Of a DNA stretch of 62,501 nucleotides, positions 19,710 to 27,800 are shown one piece after another (the first letter of the stretch is position 1; every line of letters starts with the position of its first letter). Position numbers and translations under genes: made by a program. Source of the stretch: Nitrosovibrio sp. Nv4. GTDB taxonomy: Bacteria > Pseudomonadota > Gammaproteobacteria > Burkholderiales > SG8-39. The DNA lies in the NCBI GenBank assembly GCA_945906765.1, contig CAMDRF010000004.1:1-62501 (forward strand). The letters are read 5' to 3'. A model generated the notes under the pieces. The model had not been told where the DNA came from. It made no database searches and saw only the letters and a program-made list of their open reading frames with translations.

Positions 19710-20282
19710 TTATTTCTGCTCCAGCACCCAGCCGGTAAGGCGCTTCAGGTCGGCATCGGAGAGGCCCGGGTTCGGCGGCATCGGCACCTGGCCCCAGACG
19801 CCCTGGCCGCCGGCGCGGATTCTCGCGGCGAGCCGCTGCGGCGCCGTCGCGTCCGAAGAATATTTCGCTGCGATTTCCCTGAAGGAAGGGCCGACGACGC
19901 GCTGCGCGAGCGTGTGGCAGCCGGTGCATGCATGGGCATTGAGCAGCTTCTGCATCGGGTCGGCGCCGCCGGCGGCAAGCGTGTCAGGCGAGGGCGGCGG
20001 GGCGGGATCGCGGCCGTAGTAGGCCGCGAGATAGTCGAGGATGATCGCGATCTCGGCGTCATCCATCGGCGTGCCGCGCTCCTTCATGTTCTTCAGGTTG
20101 TCGGCCCACTCGCCGCGCGACAGCGGCGTGCGGCGGATGTGCTGCAGCTCGTGGCAGATCTTGCACTTGTTCTCGGTCAGGGTGGAACCCGGACCGGAGA
20201 TTAGTTTGTCCTGGTCCTGGGGCGTGCCTGCCGGGGAAAAGATTCCGAGGAAAACGAGGACAAGCAACTTATCAAGCCTCAA
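19710..20282 (-). CDS. Exported dihaem c-type cytochrome (SorU/SorB-like domain + c551/c552-like domain)
   Basis: Signal peptide, CKICH and CTGCH haem motifs, VGPSF and MPPN; TTG start with GGGAG RBS overlapping upstream stop. Confidence 0.8.
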   Translation of the reverse strand: MRLDKLLVLVFLGIFSPAGTPQDQDKLISGPGSTLTENKCKICHELQHIRRTPLSRGEWADNLKNMKERGTPMDDAEIAIILDYLAAYYGRDPAPPPSPDTLAAGGADPMQKLLNAHACTGCHTLAQRVVGPSFREIAAKYSSDATAPQRLAARIRAGGQGVWGQVPMPPNPGLSDADLKRLTGWVLEQK

Positions 20283-21495
20283 CCAGCACTCCCACGCGGT
20301 GCACGCCGTTCCAGAAGTAGCCCAGCGGGTTCCAGGCGGACACCATCGGCTGCGCGTTGCCGCGGTCGTCCCAGGCGCGCGCAACGAAGGTCATGTACCC
20401 GAAGCGTTGCGGCTGGTAGTCGAAGGTGAAGGTGCGCCAGGCGTACCGGTCGCCGCGCGAGGCGAGTCGCGCGCGTTGCCAGGTCACGCCTTCGTCCACC
20501 GAAATCTCCACGCGGTCGATCGAGCCTTCGCCGACCCAGGCGCGGCCGCGCACCGTGATGCGCCCCGAGCCCTTGACGCGCGAATTCGGCGCGGGGAATG
20601 TGATCATCGACTTCACCGGCCAGGCTTCGGTCGAAACCGCGTCGGGCGGCATTTTCTGGCCGGGTTCGACCGGCCATTTCGGCATCACGTAGCTGCTCGT
20701 CATGTAGGCGCCCTTGAACGGCGCGTCCAGCACGTGCAGCGTGGTCACCCACTTGGTCGATGCCGAGCCCACCCAGCCCGGCACCACCAGGCGCAAGGGA
20801 TAGCCGTGAACCTTCGGCAGCGGCGCGCCGTTCATGTCCCAGGCGATGAGCGTGTTCTCCTCCATCGCCTTGGCGAGCGGCACCGAGCGGATCACCGGCG
20901 CCGCGGTCGCGATCATCCCCGGGTCGCCGCCCTGTCCGGCGACATGCGCGGCGCCGGACTTCAATCCGGCGGCCTTGAGCAGGCCGGCAAGCCGCACGCC
21001 GGTCCACGCCGGGCAACCCATGCCGCCGGTCTGGCTCCAGGGCGTACCGCTCGCGGCCGGCAGGTAGTTGGTGCGGCCCGCGCCGGCGCACTCGAGCATG
21101 CCTCGCAGGGTCACGGCGGGAAAAGCCTTCTTCAGTTCGTCGAGCGAGAACGACAGCTCCTTGTCCACCAGGCCTTTCACCGTGAGCCGGTGCTGCGCGG
21201 CGTCGATGTCCGGGTTCAGCAGGTTGTTGCGCACGAACATGCGGTCATTCGGCGTGACGTCGAAGTCGTGCTCGTGCGCCGGCACCGAGCCGGTGAGCGG
21301 GCGCTCGGAGTGGTACTGCATCGCGGCATGCTTCTCGCGCTTGATGGCGTCGTTGCCGATCGTGCCGGCCGGCGCGGCGGGCGCCGCGGCCGGCTTGTCC
21401 TGCGCCAGCGCATCACCGATCGCGGCGAGCGCTCCGGCACCTGCGGCCCGGGTCAGAAAACTGCGGCGTGATTGGTCAGGTCTGCGGTCTTCCAT
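20272..21495 (-). CDS. Tat-exported sulfite oxidase-family molybdoenzyme (SorT-like sulfite dehydrogenase)
   Basis: SRRSFL twin-arginine signal, FVRNN, ECAGAGR, HGYPLRLVVPGW, WNPLGYFWN. Confidence 0.88.
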   Translation of the reverse strand: MEDRRPDQSRRSFLTRAAGAGALAAIGDALAQDKPAAAPAAPAGTIGNDAIKREKHAAMQYHSERPLTGSVPAHEHDFDVTPNDRMFVRNNLLNPDIDAAQHRLTVKGLVDKELSFSLDELKKAFPAVTLRGMLECAGAGRTNYLPAASGTPWSQTGGMGCPAWTGVRLAGLLKAAGLKSGAAHVAGQGGDPGMIATAAPVIRSVPLAKAMEENTLIAWDMNGAPLPKVHGYPLRLVVPGWVGSASTKWVTTLHVLDAPFKGAYMTSSYVMPKWPVEPGQKMPPDAVSTEAWPVKSMITFPAPNSRVKGSGRITVRGRAWVGEGSIDRVEISVDEGVTWQRARLASRGDRYAWRTFTFDYQPQRFGYMTFVARAWDDRGNAQPMVSAWNPLGYFWNGVHRVGVLVEA

Positions 21496-21527
21496 GGAAC
21501 CTCCTCGTTCGGTAAGCACAATCGAGA

Positions 21528-22133
21528 TTAGATAAACAGGCTTACGTCAGCATCGCGCGCCATCGGCAGGAAGTGCGCCGCGCCGCAGTACTCCTTCACT
21601 TCCGGAATGAAATCGTCGCGCGTGTAGCCGAACAGGTCCACCGTCATCTGGCAGCCGATCAGCTTGACGCCGCCTTCGATGCACGCCTCGCGCAACTCGG
21701 CCACGCCGGCGACCCCCTTGTTCTGGATGGTCTGCTTCATCAATGCCGTGGCCATCGTTTCGAAGCCCGGCACGATGGCCTGCACGGCGTTCGGAATGTT
21801 CCAGTTGATCCCCTTGAACCAGTCCGGGCCGAAGGGCATCTTCATCGGCATGCCGGGGTTGCCGAGCGGGCTTACCTTCAGGTCGCTGATGTCCTTGCGC
21901 AGCAGGCCCAGCCCGTAGAAGGTGAAGAACATCGACACGTCCCAACCCATTGCCCCGGCGGTCGAGGCGAGGATGAACGGCGGATAGGCCCAATCGAGCG
22001 TGCCCTTGGTGGAGATGATGGTCATCGAGGGCGTTTTCGCGGCCCGCAGCTCGGCGAGCTTCTGTGGCAGCAGGGCGTCGAGACGCTCGGCGATCAGCCG
22101 GTCGAGCGCGGCGGTGTCGGGTTGCGCAGCCAT
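21528..22133 (-). CDS. dsrE2: DsrE2-like sulfurtransferase
   Basis: TKGTLDWAYPPFILAS, FFTFYGL, GCQMTVDLF. Confidence 0.8.
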   Translation of the reverse strand: MAAQPDTAALDRLIAERLDALLPQKLAELRAAKTPSMTIISTKGTLDWAYPPFILASTAGAMGWDVSMFFTFYGLGLLRKDISDLKVSPLGNPGMPMKMPFGPDWFKGINWNIPNAVQAIVPGFETMATALMKQTIQNKGVAGVAELREACIEGGVKLIGCQMTVDLFGYTRDDFIPEVKEYCGAAHFLPMARDADVSLFI

Positions 22134-22174
22134 GGCGGCCTTCCTTGGGCGTTGCTGAAATTAAAAAAAGCCTA

Positions 22175-22191
22175 ATACCCTCCAAGAGTAT
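22175..22191. promoter_or_regulatory. Putative CsoR/RcnR-family operator 1
   Basis: ATAC-CCTCCAAGA-GTAT inverted repeat around a C-tract, upstream of dsrE2. Confidence 0.55.
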
Positions 22192-22288
22192 ATGCAAGAA
22201 CTTTCATGTGCCGCACAGCAGCATAAAAGGCATTGTTCGGCCAATAAAATTTATCTTTATCCGCGCTTGCGCGGGGTTGGCGCGGAAG

Positions 22289-22304
22289 ATACCATACCCG
22301 GTAT
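22289..22304. promoter_or_regulatory. Putative CsoR/RcnR-family operator 2
   Basis: ATACC-ATACCC-GGTAT inverted repeat abutting the repressor RBS. Confidence 0.55.
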
Positions 22305-22317
22305 AGGAGGCGGCACG

Positions 22318-22593
22318 ATGTCCGGACCCCGCATGCACGATCCCAAGGAAAAACAGGCGATGCTCGCGCGGCTGGCGCGCGTCGAGGGGCAGGTGCGCGC
22401 GCTCCAGCGCATGATCGGGCGCGACGAGGAGTGCGAGGCGATCGCGCAGCAGCTTTCGGCGTCGCGCAAGGCGCTCGACCGCGCGTTCTACGAGATGGTC
22501 GCCTGCATGATCCGGCACGGCGCGCAGGCGCGCGGCGGCGCGCGCGTAGCGGGCGCCGGACAGGTTGCCGATCTACTCGCGCGTTACGCGTAA
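22318..22593 (+). CDS. CsoR/RcnR/CstR-family transcriptional repressor
   Basis: RLARVEGQVRALQRMI...ECEAIAQQLSASRKAL; GGAGG RBS. Confidence 0.88.
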   Translation: MSGPRMHDPKEKQAMLARLARVEGQVRALQRMIGRDEECEAIAQQLSASRKALDRAFYEMVACMIRHGAQARGGARVAGAGQVADLLARYA

Positions 22594-22622
22594 ACTTTCG
22601 GACAAATGGAGGTGAATACCGC

Positions 22623-22850
22623 ATGAACTTTGACAAAGAACTCGACGCCCGCGGGCTGAACTGCCCGCTGCCGATCCTGAAAGCGAAGAAATCGCTCAAC
22701 GACATGCAATCCGGGCAGGTGCTGAAGATCGTCGCCACCGATCCGGGCTCGGTGAAGGATTTTCAGGCTTTTTCCAAACAGACGGGCAACGAACTCCTGT
22801 CGCAGACCGAGGCGAACAAGGAATTCATCGTCTTCCTCAGGCGCAAGTAG
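22623..22850 (+). CDS. tusA: Sulfurtransferase TusA
   Basis: LDARGLNCPLP, ATDPGSVKDF; GGAGG RBS. Confidence 0.93.
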   Translation: MNFDKELDARGLNCPLPILKAKKSLNDMQSGQVLKIVATDPGSVKDFQAFSKQTGNELLSQTEANKEFIVFLRRK

Positions 22851-22851
22851 C

Positions 22852-23220
22852 CTAGGCGACGCTGCCGAAGCCCTTGTCGATGGCGCCGGCCGGCGCCTTG
22901 AGCCCCGCGATCCGGCAACCTTGGGCCACCGGCCCCGCGGGAAAGAGCACGTAGAGATGCCGGATGCCGCCCTGGCGATGAAATTTTTCATCGAGCGCGT
23001 CGTGCAGTTCGCGCAGTTTGACGGCGGTCGCCTCGTGCTTGGCGTAGTACTCGTGCAGGGCGCGCAACGCTGCCCAGTGGTCTTCGCCGATCTCCAAGCC
23101 TTCCTGCCGCGCGACCTCGCCGGCGGTCGCCGGCGTCCAGCCCTCCGGCGCGTGAGGGAATCGAGGGTCCCTGCTCGCGCCGCGTCCGCCGCCGACGATC
23201 TCATCCATCAGACTCGTCAT
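22852..23220 (-). CDS. DsrC/TusE-family protein lacking the terminal Cys (RspA-like)
   Basis: EDHW, LYVLFPAGPVAQGCRIAGL; ends GFGSVA. Confidence 0.85.
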   Translation of the reverse strand: MTSLMDEIVGGGRGASRDPRFPHAPEGWTPATAGEVARQEGLEIGEDHWAALRALHEYYAKHEATAVKLRELHDALDEKFHRQGGIRHLYVLFPAGPVAQGCRIAGLKAPAGAIDKGFGSVA

Positions 23221-23250
23221 GTCCCTATCCTTTCAGGGGGAAAACCTGCC

Positions 23251-23739
23251 TCAACGCTTGCGGATCTGGAACTGGTATTCGCCGGGCGCGCTTTCCCGCG
23301 CATCGGCAAGTTCCAGGCCGGTCGCCTTCACCCAGCTGCGCACGTCCGCCCTGATGCCCGGGCAGTCGCTGATGAGTTGCAGCACTTCACCCTTGCCCAT
23401 GCCGTTCAACAGCTTCTTCGCCTCGACGATGGGGCCCGGGCAGGTGGCGCCGCGCACATCGAGCACGGCATTGGGAGAGACGCGCCGCGCCTTGCCCTTG
23501 CGGATGTAATACCCGGTTGCGCCTCGCGCCAGTTTCCTGGTTTTCACGATCTCGACGTCGGCATACTTGGGCCAGGAATAGAGGTCGTCCCTGGTAGAGG
23601 GACAATCGGAAACCAGCAACATCACTTCGCCCGCAAGCAGATCGTCGAGCACTCGCTTGGCGCCCAGCATCGGCCCCGGGCAGGCGGAGCCCTTCATGTC
23701 GAGGGTGACGTGCGGTTTTGGAGAGGTTGCCTTGACCAT
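23251..23739 (-). CDS. Tandem two-domain TusA-family protein
   Basis: LDMKGSACPGP...SDCP and LDVRGATCPGP...SDCP. Confidence 0.85.
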   Translation of the reverse strand: MVKATSPKPHVTLDMKGSACPGPMLGAKRVLDDLLAGEVMLLVSDCPSTRDDLYSWPKYADVEIVKTRKLARGATGYYIRKGKARRVSPNAVLDVRGATCPGPIVEAKKLLNGMGKGEVLQLISDCPGIRADVRSWVKATGLELADARESAPGEYQFQIRKR

Positions 23740-23835
23740 AGCGGCGCGCGAGCCATGCAGCACTAGAACGGGTGAGTATATACCGCTGGGACAATGCGTT
23801 GCCGTTTGCGCGGGAGGTCGCCATGGAAGTCTTGC

Positions 23836-24420
23836 TCAGCGGGGCGCGGTATCAACCGTCTGTTCGACCAGTTTCTTGATAACGCGCGCCATTTCCGGTG
23901 CCTCGATGTCCATCATCTGCTCGACCACCCACTTGTTGTCACCGCTCGCCATGGCATCGGACACCCTGGTGGCGAAATAGCGCAGGCAGGCAAAGCCAGG
24001 CTCTCCGTCGGGGCACTCGAAGCCGGCGTACTCCGCGAAGCGGGTGTTGAGCAGCTCGATGAATGGTTTGCGGTATTCCCCCGGTCCGAACAGATCCAGC
24101 TGGTTGTTTTCCATGGTCGCCGCCAGGTGGCCCGCCAGCTCGCCGATGAGCGTGGCGCGGTCGGCCTCGCCCAGCTTGCCGTACACCGCGCGGTCTACGA
24201 GTTGAACGAGAAAAGCAATGAACTCGGTGAGCACACCGGTCACCAGCCGGTCCGAGCCGAAGCGAAAGCCCTCTTTCTCCATGTGCTTGAAGATCTCGAG
24301 CGAGATCTTCCAGACGTTCGCGCCGATCACGCCCGCTCGCTCGGCGAGCGTGCGCGCGCGTTTGTTGCGCCAGCGGGTTTTGGCGAGCGCCAGCGTAGGG
24401 CGGCTGCTGATGATGGCCAT
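23836..24420 (-). CDS. Hypothetical protein
   Basis: 194-aa ORF with host-like codon use and predicted helical character; no motif recognised. Confidence 0.7.
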   Translation of the reverse strand: MAIISSRPTLALAKTRWRNKRARTLAERAGVIGANVWKISLEIFKHMEKEGFRFGSDRLVTGVLTEFIAFLVQLVDRAVYGKLGEADRATLIGELAGHLAATMENNQLDLFGPGEYRKPFIELLNTRFAEYAGFECPDGEPGFACLRYFATRVSDAMASGDNKWVVEQMMDIEAPEMARVIKKLVEQTVDTAPR

Positions 24421-24471
24421 GGTTGCCGGTCAATGCACTATATTCGGGAATAATAGACCCGGGAGCGAAGC

Positions 24472-24912
24472 ATGTCTGAACTGAATATGGAGCTCTCGAG
24501 CGGCATCGCCGCCTTCGAGGCCAAGGAGTTCGCGAGGGCGATGCAGCTGCTGGAGCCGCTCGCCGAGCAGGGCGATCCTCAGGCGCAATACCGCGTTGCG
24601 ATCATGGCCCAGGTGGGCCTGGGCATGGTGAAAAACTGCGCGCGCGCGGTCAAATGGATGCGCGCCGCCGCGGAACAGGGTTTTGGTCTCGCGCAGCACG
24701 GCCTGGGCTTCATGTACTTCCAGGGCGAATGCACCAAGGGCGACCCGGCGGAAGCCGCAAGATGGTTCCGGCTGGCCGCTGCGCAGGGCATGGCGGGATC
24801 GCAAGCGACGCTCGCGACGATGTACGAAAAGGGCGTGGGCGTGGAGCGCGACGCGGCCGAGGCCGCCAAATGGCGCGCGCTGGCCGAGAAGGACTCCTGT
24901 GCTTCGCCCTAA
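24472..24912 (+). CDS. Sel1-like repeat protein
   Basis: AEQGDPQAQY, AAEQGFGLAQHGLGFMYFQG, AAAQGMAGSQATLATMYEKGVGV. Confidence 0.88.
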   Translation: MSELNMELSSGIAAFEAKEFARAMQLLEPLAEQGDPQAQYRVAIMAQVGLGMVKNCARAVKWMRAAAEQGFGLAQHGLGFMYFQGECTKGDPAEAARWFRLAAAQGMAGSQATLATMYEKGVGVERDAAEAAKWRALAEKDSCASP

Positions 24913-24932
24913 CGCGCGAGTGTGTTCCGCCC

Positions 24933-25130
24933 TTACTTCCTGATCCAGGCCTCGAAGCCGGCGGAGTTTTTCTCCAGGCCGTGCGCGTAGCCGGCTTCAT
25001 AGGCTTCGTTCAGGCGCTGCTCCTCGCGCTTCGGGTTGTGCAAAAATCCGCCGGCCCAGCCGTTGATGTACTCCGGATCGACGCCCTGCTTCTGCATCCG
25101 GTCGACGGTGTCGTAGTAAGGATTGCTCAT
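24933..25130 (-). CDS. Small protein resembling the Alvin_2107 family (sulfur-globule oxidation)
   Basis: GVDPEYINGWAGGFLHNPKREEQRLNEAYEAGY pattern recognised from memory of that family. Confidence 0.72.
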   Translation of the reverse strand: MSNPYYDTVDRMQKQGVDPEYINGWAGGFLHNPKREEQRLNEAYEAGYAHGLEKNSAGFEAWIRK

Positions 25131-25207
25131 GAGGTGCGCGCTTTCCTGTATTCGAGTCAGCCTATGGTAATGGATGTCCGGGAACGTTCAACCATGCCGG
25201 AAGAGAT

Positions 25208-25531
25208 ATGCGATTCAAGGTGATCGTCGGCGAGCAGGTCTATGCGGTGGAGGTGCCCGACGATCTGCTGCGCGAGGCGGGGGATTTCCACGCCAGGCTG
25301 GACCGCGACATGGACCGCGGCTGGCAGATGAGCCGCGAATTCGTGGCGTGGCCTGACCGGCTGCAACGCTGCCAGATCGTCGCCGACAAACTGCTCACCG
25401 GCATCATGCAGGGCAACGAGTCGACGGCGATGCTGATGGCCGGCTACATCGCGCTGCGCATGCCCGGCGCCATCGGAGTGGACGTTGACGCCTCGGGTGA
25501 GATGCAAAACACCGAGTTGCTCTACGGCTGA
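25208..25531 (+). CDS. Hypothetical protein
   Basis: 107-aa ORF with DMDRGWQMSR and RCQIVADKLL; first gene of a tightly spaced run. Confidence 0.72.
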   Translation: MRFKVIVGEQVYAVEVPDDLLREAGDFHARLDRDMDRGWQMSREFVAWPDRLQRCQIVADKLLTGIMQGNESTAMLMAGYIALRMPGAIGVDVDASGEMQNTELLYG

Positions 25532-25534
25532 GTC

Positions 25535-26128
25535 ATGGCGTTTTCCAGCGCAGCGATTCTCGAAGTCAAACCCCTGAGTTTCATCTATGAGATGGAGCGC
25601 GCGCTGTCGCCCGACGTGTGCCTCGAAACGATCCGGCGCTTCGAGGCCCGCGCCGATCAGCAGCTTGCCGGGCGCATCGGCCAGGCCGGTACGGAGGCCC
25701 CGGAGGTGAAGCGCTCGACCGACCTGCGCATCAGCGGACGGGAGGACTGGCGCGACATCGACCGGACCCTGTCTCGGCAGCTCGTCGACACGTTCAACGA
25801 GTTCGCGCGCGAATTCCCCTTCTTTGCCGCCAACTCCTTCAAGGATATCGGCTACAACCTGCAGCGCACGCTGCCCGGCGAGTATTACCACTGGCACGTG
25901 GATGCCGGTCCGGGGCCGTTCAGCGAGCGTCAACTGGTTGCGATCTGGTACCTTAACGATGTCCCGGGGCCGGGAGGCGAGACCGAGTTTCCGCTGCAAG
26001 AAGTCACGATCCGGCCGGCGCAGGGCAAGCTGATCCTGTTCCCGCCGTTCTGGACCCACGTGCATCGCGGCGTCACACTGGAAAAAGGCGTCAAGTACAT
26101 CGCCACCACATGGATCTGTTTCGCGTAA
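25535..26128 (+). CDS. 2OG-Fe(II) oxygenase (prolyl-4-hydroxylase-like)
   Basis: YHWHVD, WYLNDV, GGETEF, THVHRG, KYIAT. Confidence 0.85.
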   Translation: MAFSSAAILEVKPLSFIYEMERALSPDVCLETIRRFEARADQQLAGRIGQAGTEAPEVKRSTDLRISGREDWRDIDRTLSRQLVDTFNEFAREFPFFAANSFKDIGYNLQRTLPGEYYHWHVDAGPGPFSERQLVAIWYLNDVPGPGGETEFPLQEVTIRPAQGKLILFPPFWTHVHRGVTLEKGVKYIATTWICFA

Positions 26129-26140
26129 CCCTGAGACCGC

Positions 26141-26815
26141 ATGCTGCTCCTCCTTCCTGCCGCACTTAGAGCCGACGAACTGGCACTCGTGCGCGCCCTG
26201 CTCGCGGCCGCGCGCTTCGTCGATGGGCGGCTTTCGGCGGGCGCCGTCGCGCGGCGCGTCAAGCACAATGAGGAGATGGACCCCGCCGCGCAGGATCTGG
26301 AACGGCTCAACCGCGTGGTCATGGGCGGCCTCGCGCGCCATCCGGTGTATCGGGCCGGCGCCCTGCCCCTGCACGTGGCGGGTCCTCTGTACGCGCGCTA
26401 CCGCCCCGGCATGACCTATGGCGATCACCTCGACGACCCGATCATGGGCGCCGACGGGGTGAAATACCGTTCGGATATCGCGCTGACGGTTTTTCTGAAT
26501 TCGCCGGATGAGTACGATGGCGGCGAGCTGGTGATCCGCAGCGCGGCGGGCGAGCAGGTGGTGAAGCTGGCGGCCGGCGACGCGGTGCTCTATCCGGCCG
26601 GCAACATTCATCACGTGAGCCCGGTTACCCGCGGCGAGCGCCTCGTGGCGGTCACCTGGGTGCAGAGCCTGGTGCGCGACGCGGCGCGGCGCGAGTTGCT
26701 TTACGGCCTGAATGCGGCGCGCGAGAAGCTGCTGCGGGACGCACCCGAGGCGGCGGAAACGGGGCAGGTCAATGCCGCTTACCTGAACCTGATTCGCATG
26801 TGGTCGGACCTTTGA
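26141..26815 (+). CDS. PKHD-type Fe(II)-dependent dioxygenase (YbiX/PiuC-like)
   Basis: YGDHLD, RSDIALTVFL, YDGGEL, HHVSPVTRGER, NLIRMW. Confidence 0.88.
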   Translation: MLLLLPAALRADELALVRALLAAARFVDGRLSAGAVARRVKHNEEMDPAAQDLERLNRVVMGGLARHPVYRAGALPLHVAGPLYARYRPGMTYGDHLDDPIMGADGVKYRSDIALTVFLNSPDEYDGGELVIRSAAGEQVVKLAAGDAVLYPAGNIHHVSPVTRGERLVAVTWVQSLVRDAARRELLYGLNAAREKLLRDAPEAAETGQVNAAYLNLIRMWSDL

Positions 26816-26825
26816 GGCGGGCGCG

Positions 26826-27116
26826 ATGAGTGATTCGGAAGCATCCATGGAGGCGCGGATCCTGCAGGCGGTGAAGCTGACCCTCGCCAATGTCATCAAG
26901 GACACGGCCACGCCTCACGGCATGCGTCATCCGTTGTCGGACGGCACCATTCAGGATCTGCGCCAGTGCCTTGCACTCATCAGCGCGCGAGAGCGCGAAC
27001 TCGCGCAGGCCGCAGGCAAGGCGGCGGACGAGAAACCACACTACGCCGACGAGCCGGCGCGCGGGGATACGGTGGTCCACTTCTACAGAAAGAAACCCAC
27101 CGGGGAAGAAACATAA
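26826..27116 (+). CDS. Hypothetical protein
   Basis: 96 aa; VIKDTATPHGMRHPLS...LISARERELA. Confidence 0.7.
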   Translation: MSDSEASMEARILQAVKLTLANVIKDTATPHGMRHPLSDGTIQDLRQCLALISARERELAQAAGKAADEKPHYADEPARGDTVVHFYRKKPTGEET

Positions 27117-27120
27117 AATA

Positions 27121-27435
27121 ATGGCAGATAACAGTTGCGGCGCGCTCGAACCCTATGCCCTGCGCGTGCTGGGCGACAGCATGGAGCCCGAGTTCGCCGA
27201 TGGCTGCGTCGTCATCATCGACCCGGGCTACGCGCCGCGCGACGGTTCCTACGTGGTGGTCGAATTCGCGGGCGACGTCTTTTTCCGTCAGTTGGTATTC
27301 GACGGCGAGCGCCGTTTTTTGAAACCCCTCAATCCGAAGTACGGTGGTTTCGAGCTGACCCCGCCCTACACCGTCCGCGGCGGCGTGGTGCAGCAGAGAG
27401 GCCGGCGCCGCTCGCAGCACAGACACTACGATTAA
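27121..27435 (+). CDS. Stand-alone S24/LexA C-terminal-like domain protein
   Basis: ALRVLGDSMEPEF, IIDP, FRQL, LKPLNPKY; no N-terminal HTH. Confidence 0.8.
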   Translation: MADNSCGALEPYALRVLGDSMEPEFADGCVVIIDPGYAPRDGSYVVVEFAGDVFFRQLVFDGERRFLKPLNPKYGGFELTPPYTVRGGVVQQRGRRRSQHRHYD

Positions 27436-27441
27436 GCGGCG

Positions 27442-27783
27442 TCAGTACCCGCCCTTGCGCAGGCTCTCGGGCAGCCCGGCGATCTTGCCCGCCTGCTTGG
27501 AGGGGTTGCCGGGGTAAAGATCGAACAGGGTCTTGTTGTCCACCTTGCGGCCTGGCCATTTTTCCTGTATTGCCTTGAGGATCGCGCGGTTGTTCGGTTG
27601 TTCGCCGTTGTGGTTGACATAGGCATCGCGCAGGTACTCGATCACGTCCCAGTGGTCCTGCGTAAGGGTGATCCCCTCGGCGGTCGCGATTACCTCAGCG
27701 ACGGCCCTGTCCCAATCGTCCAGCGATTCCAGAAAGCCGTTCTCCGTCGTCGCAATCTGCTTGCCATTCACTTCGTACGCCAT
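27442..27783 (-). CDS. DsrC/TusE-family protein with no cysteine
   Basis: TTENGFL, WDRAVA, LTQDHWDVIEYLR, LYPGNPSKQAGKIAGLP; GGAGGAG RBS. Confidence 0.85.
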   Translation of the reverse strand: MAYEVNGKQIATTENGFLESLDDWDRAVAEVIATAEGITLTQDHWDVIEYLRDAYVNHNGEQPNNRAILKAIQEKWPGRKVDNKTLFDLYPGNPSKQAGKIAGLPESLRKGGY

Positions 27784-27800
27784 GATCTCCTCCGCTGTGC

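Noticed and set aside
26826-27116. Possible segregation/condensation protein A label
   Set aside because: Far too short and lacks kleisin features; kept as hypothetical
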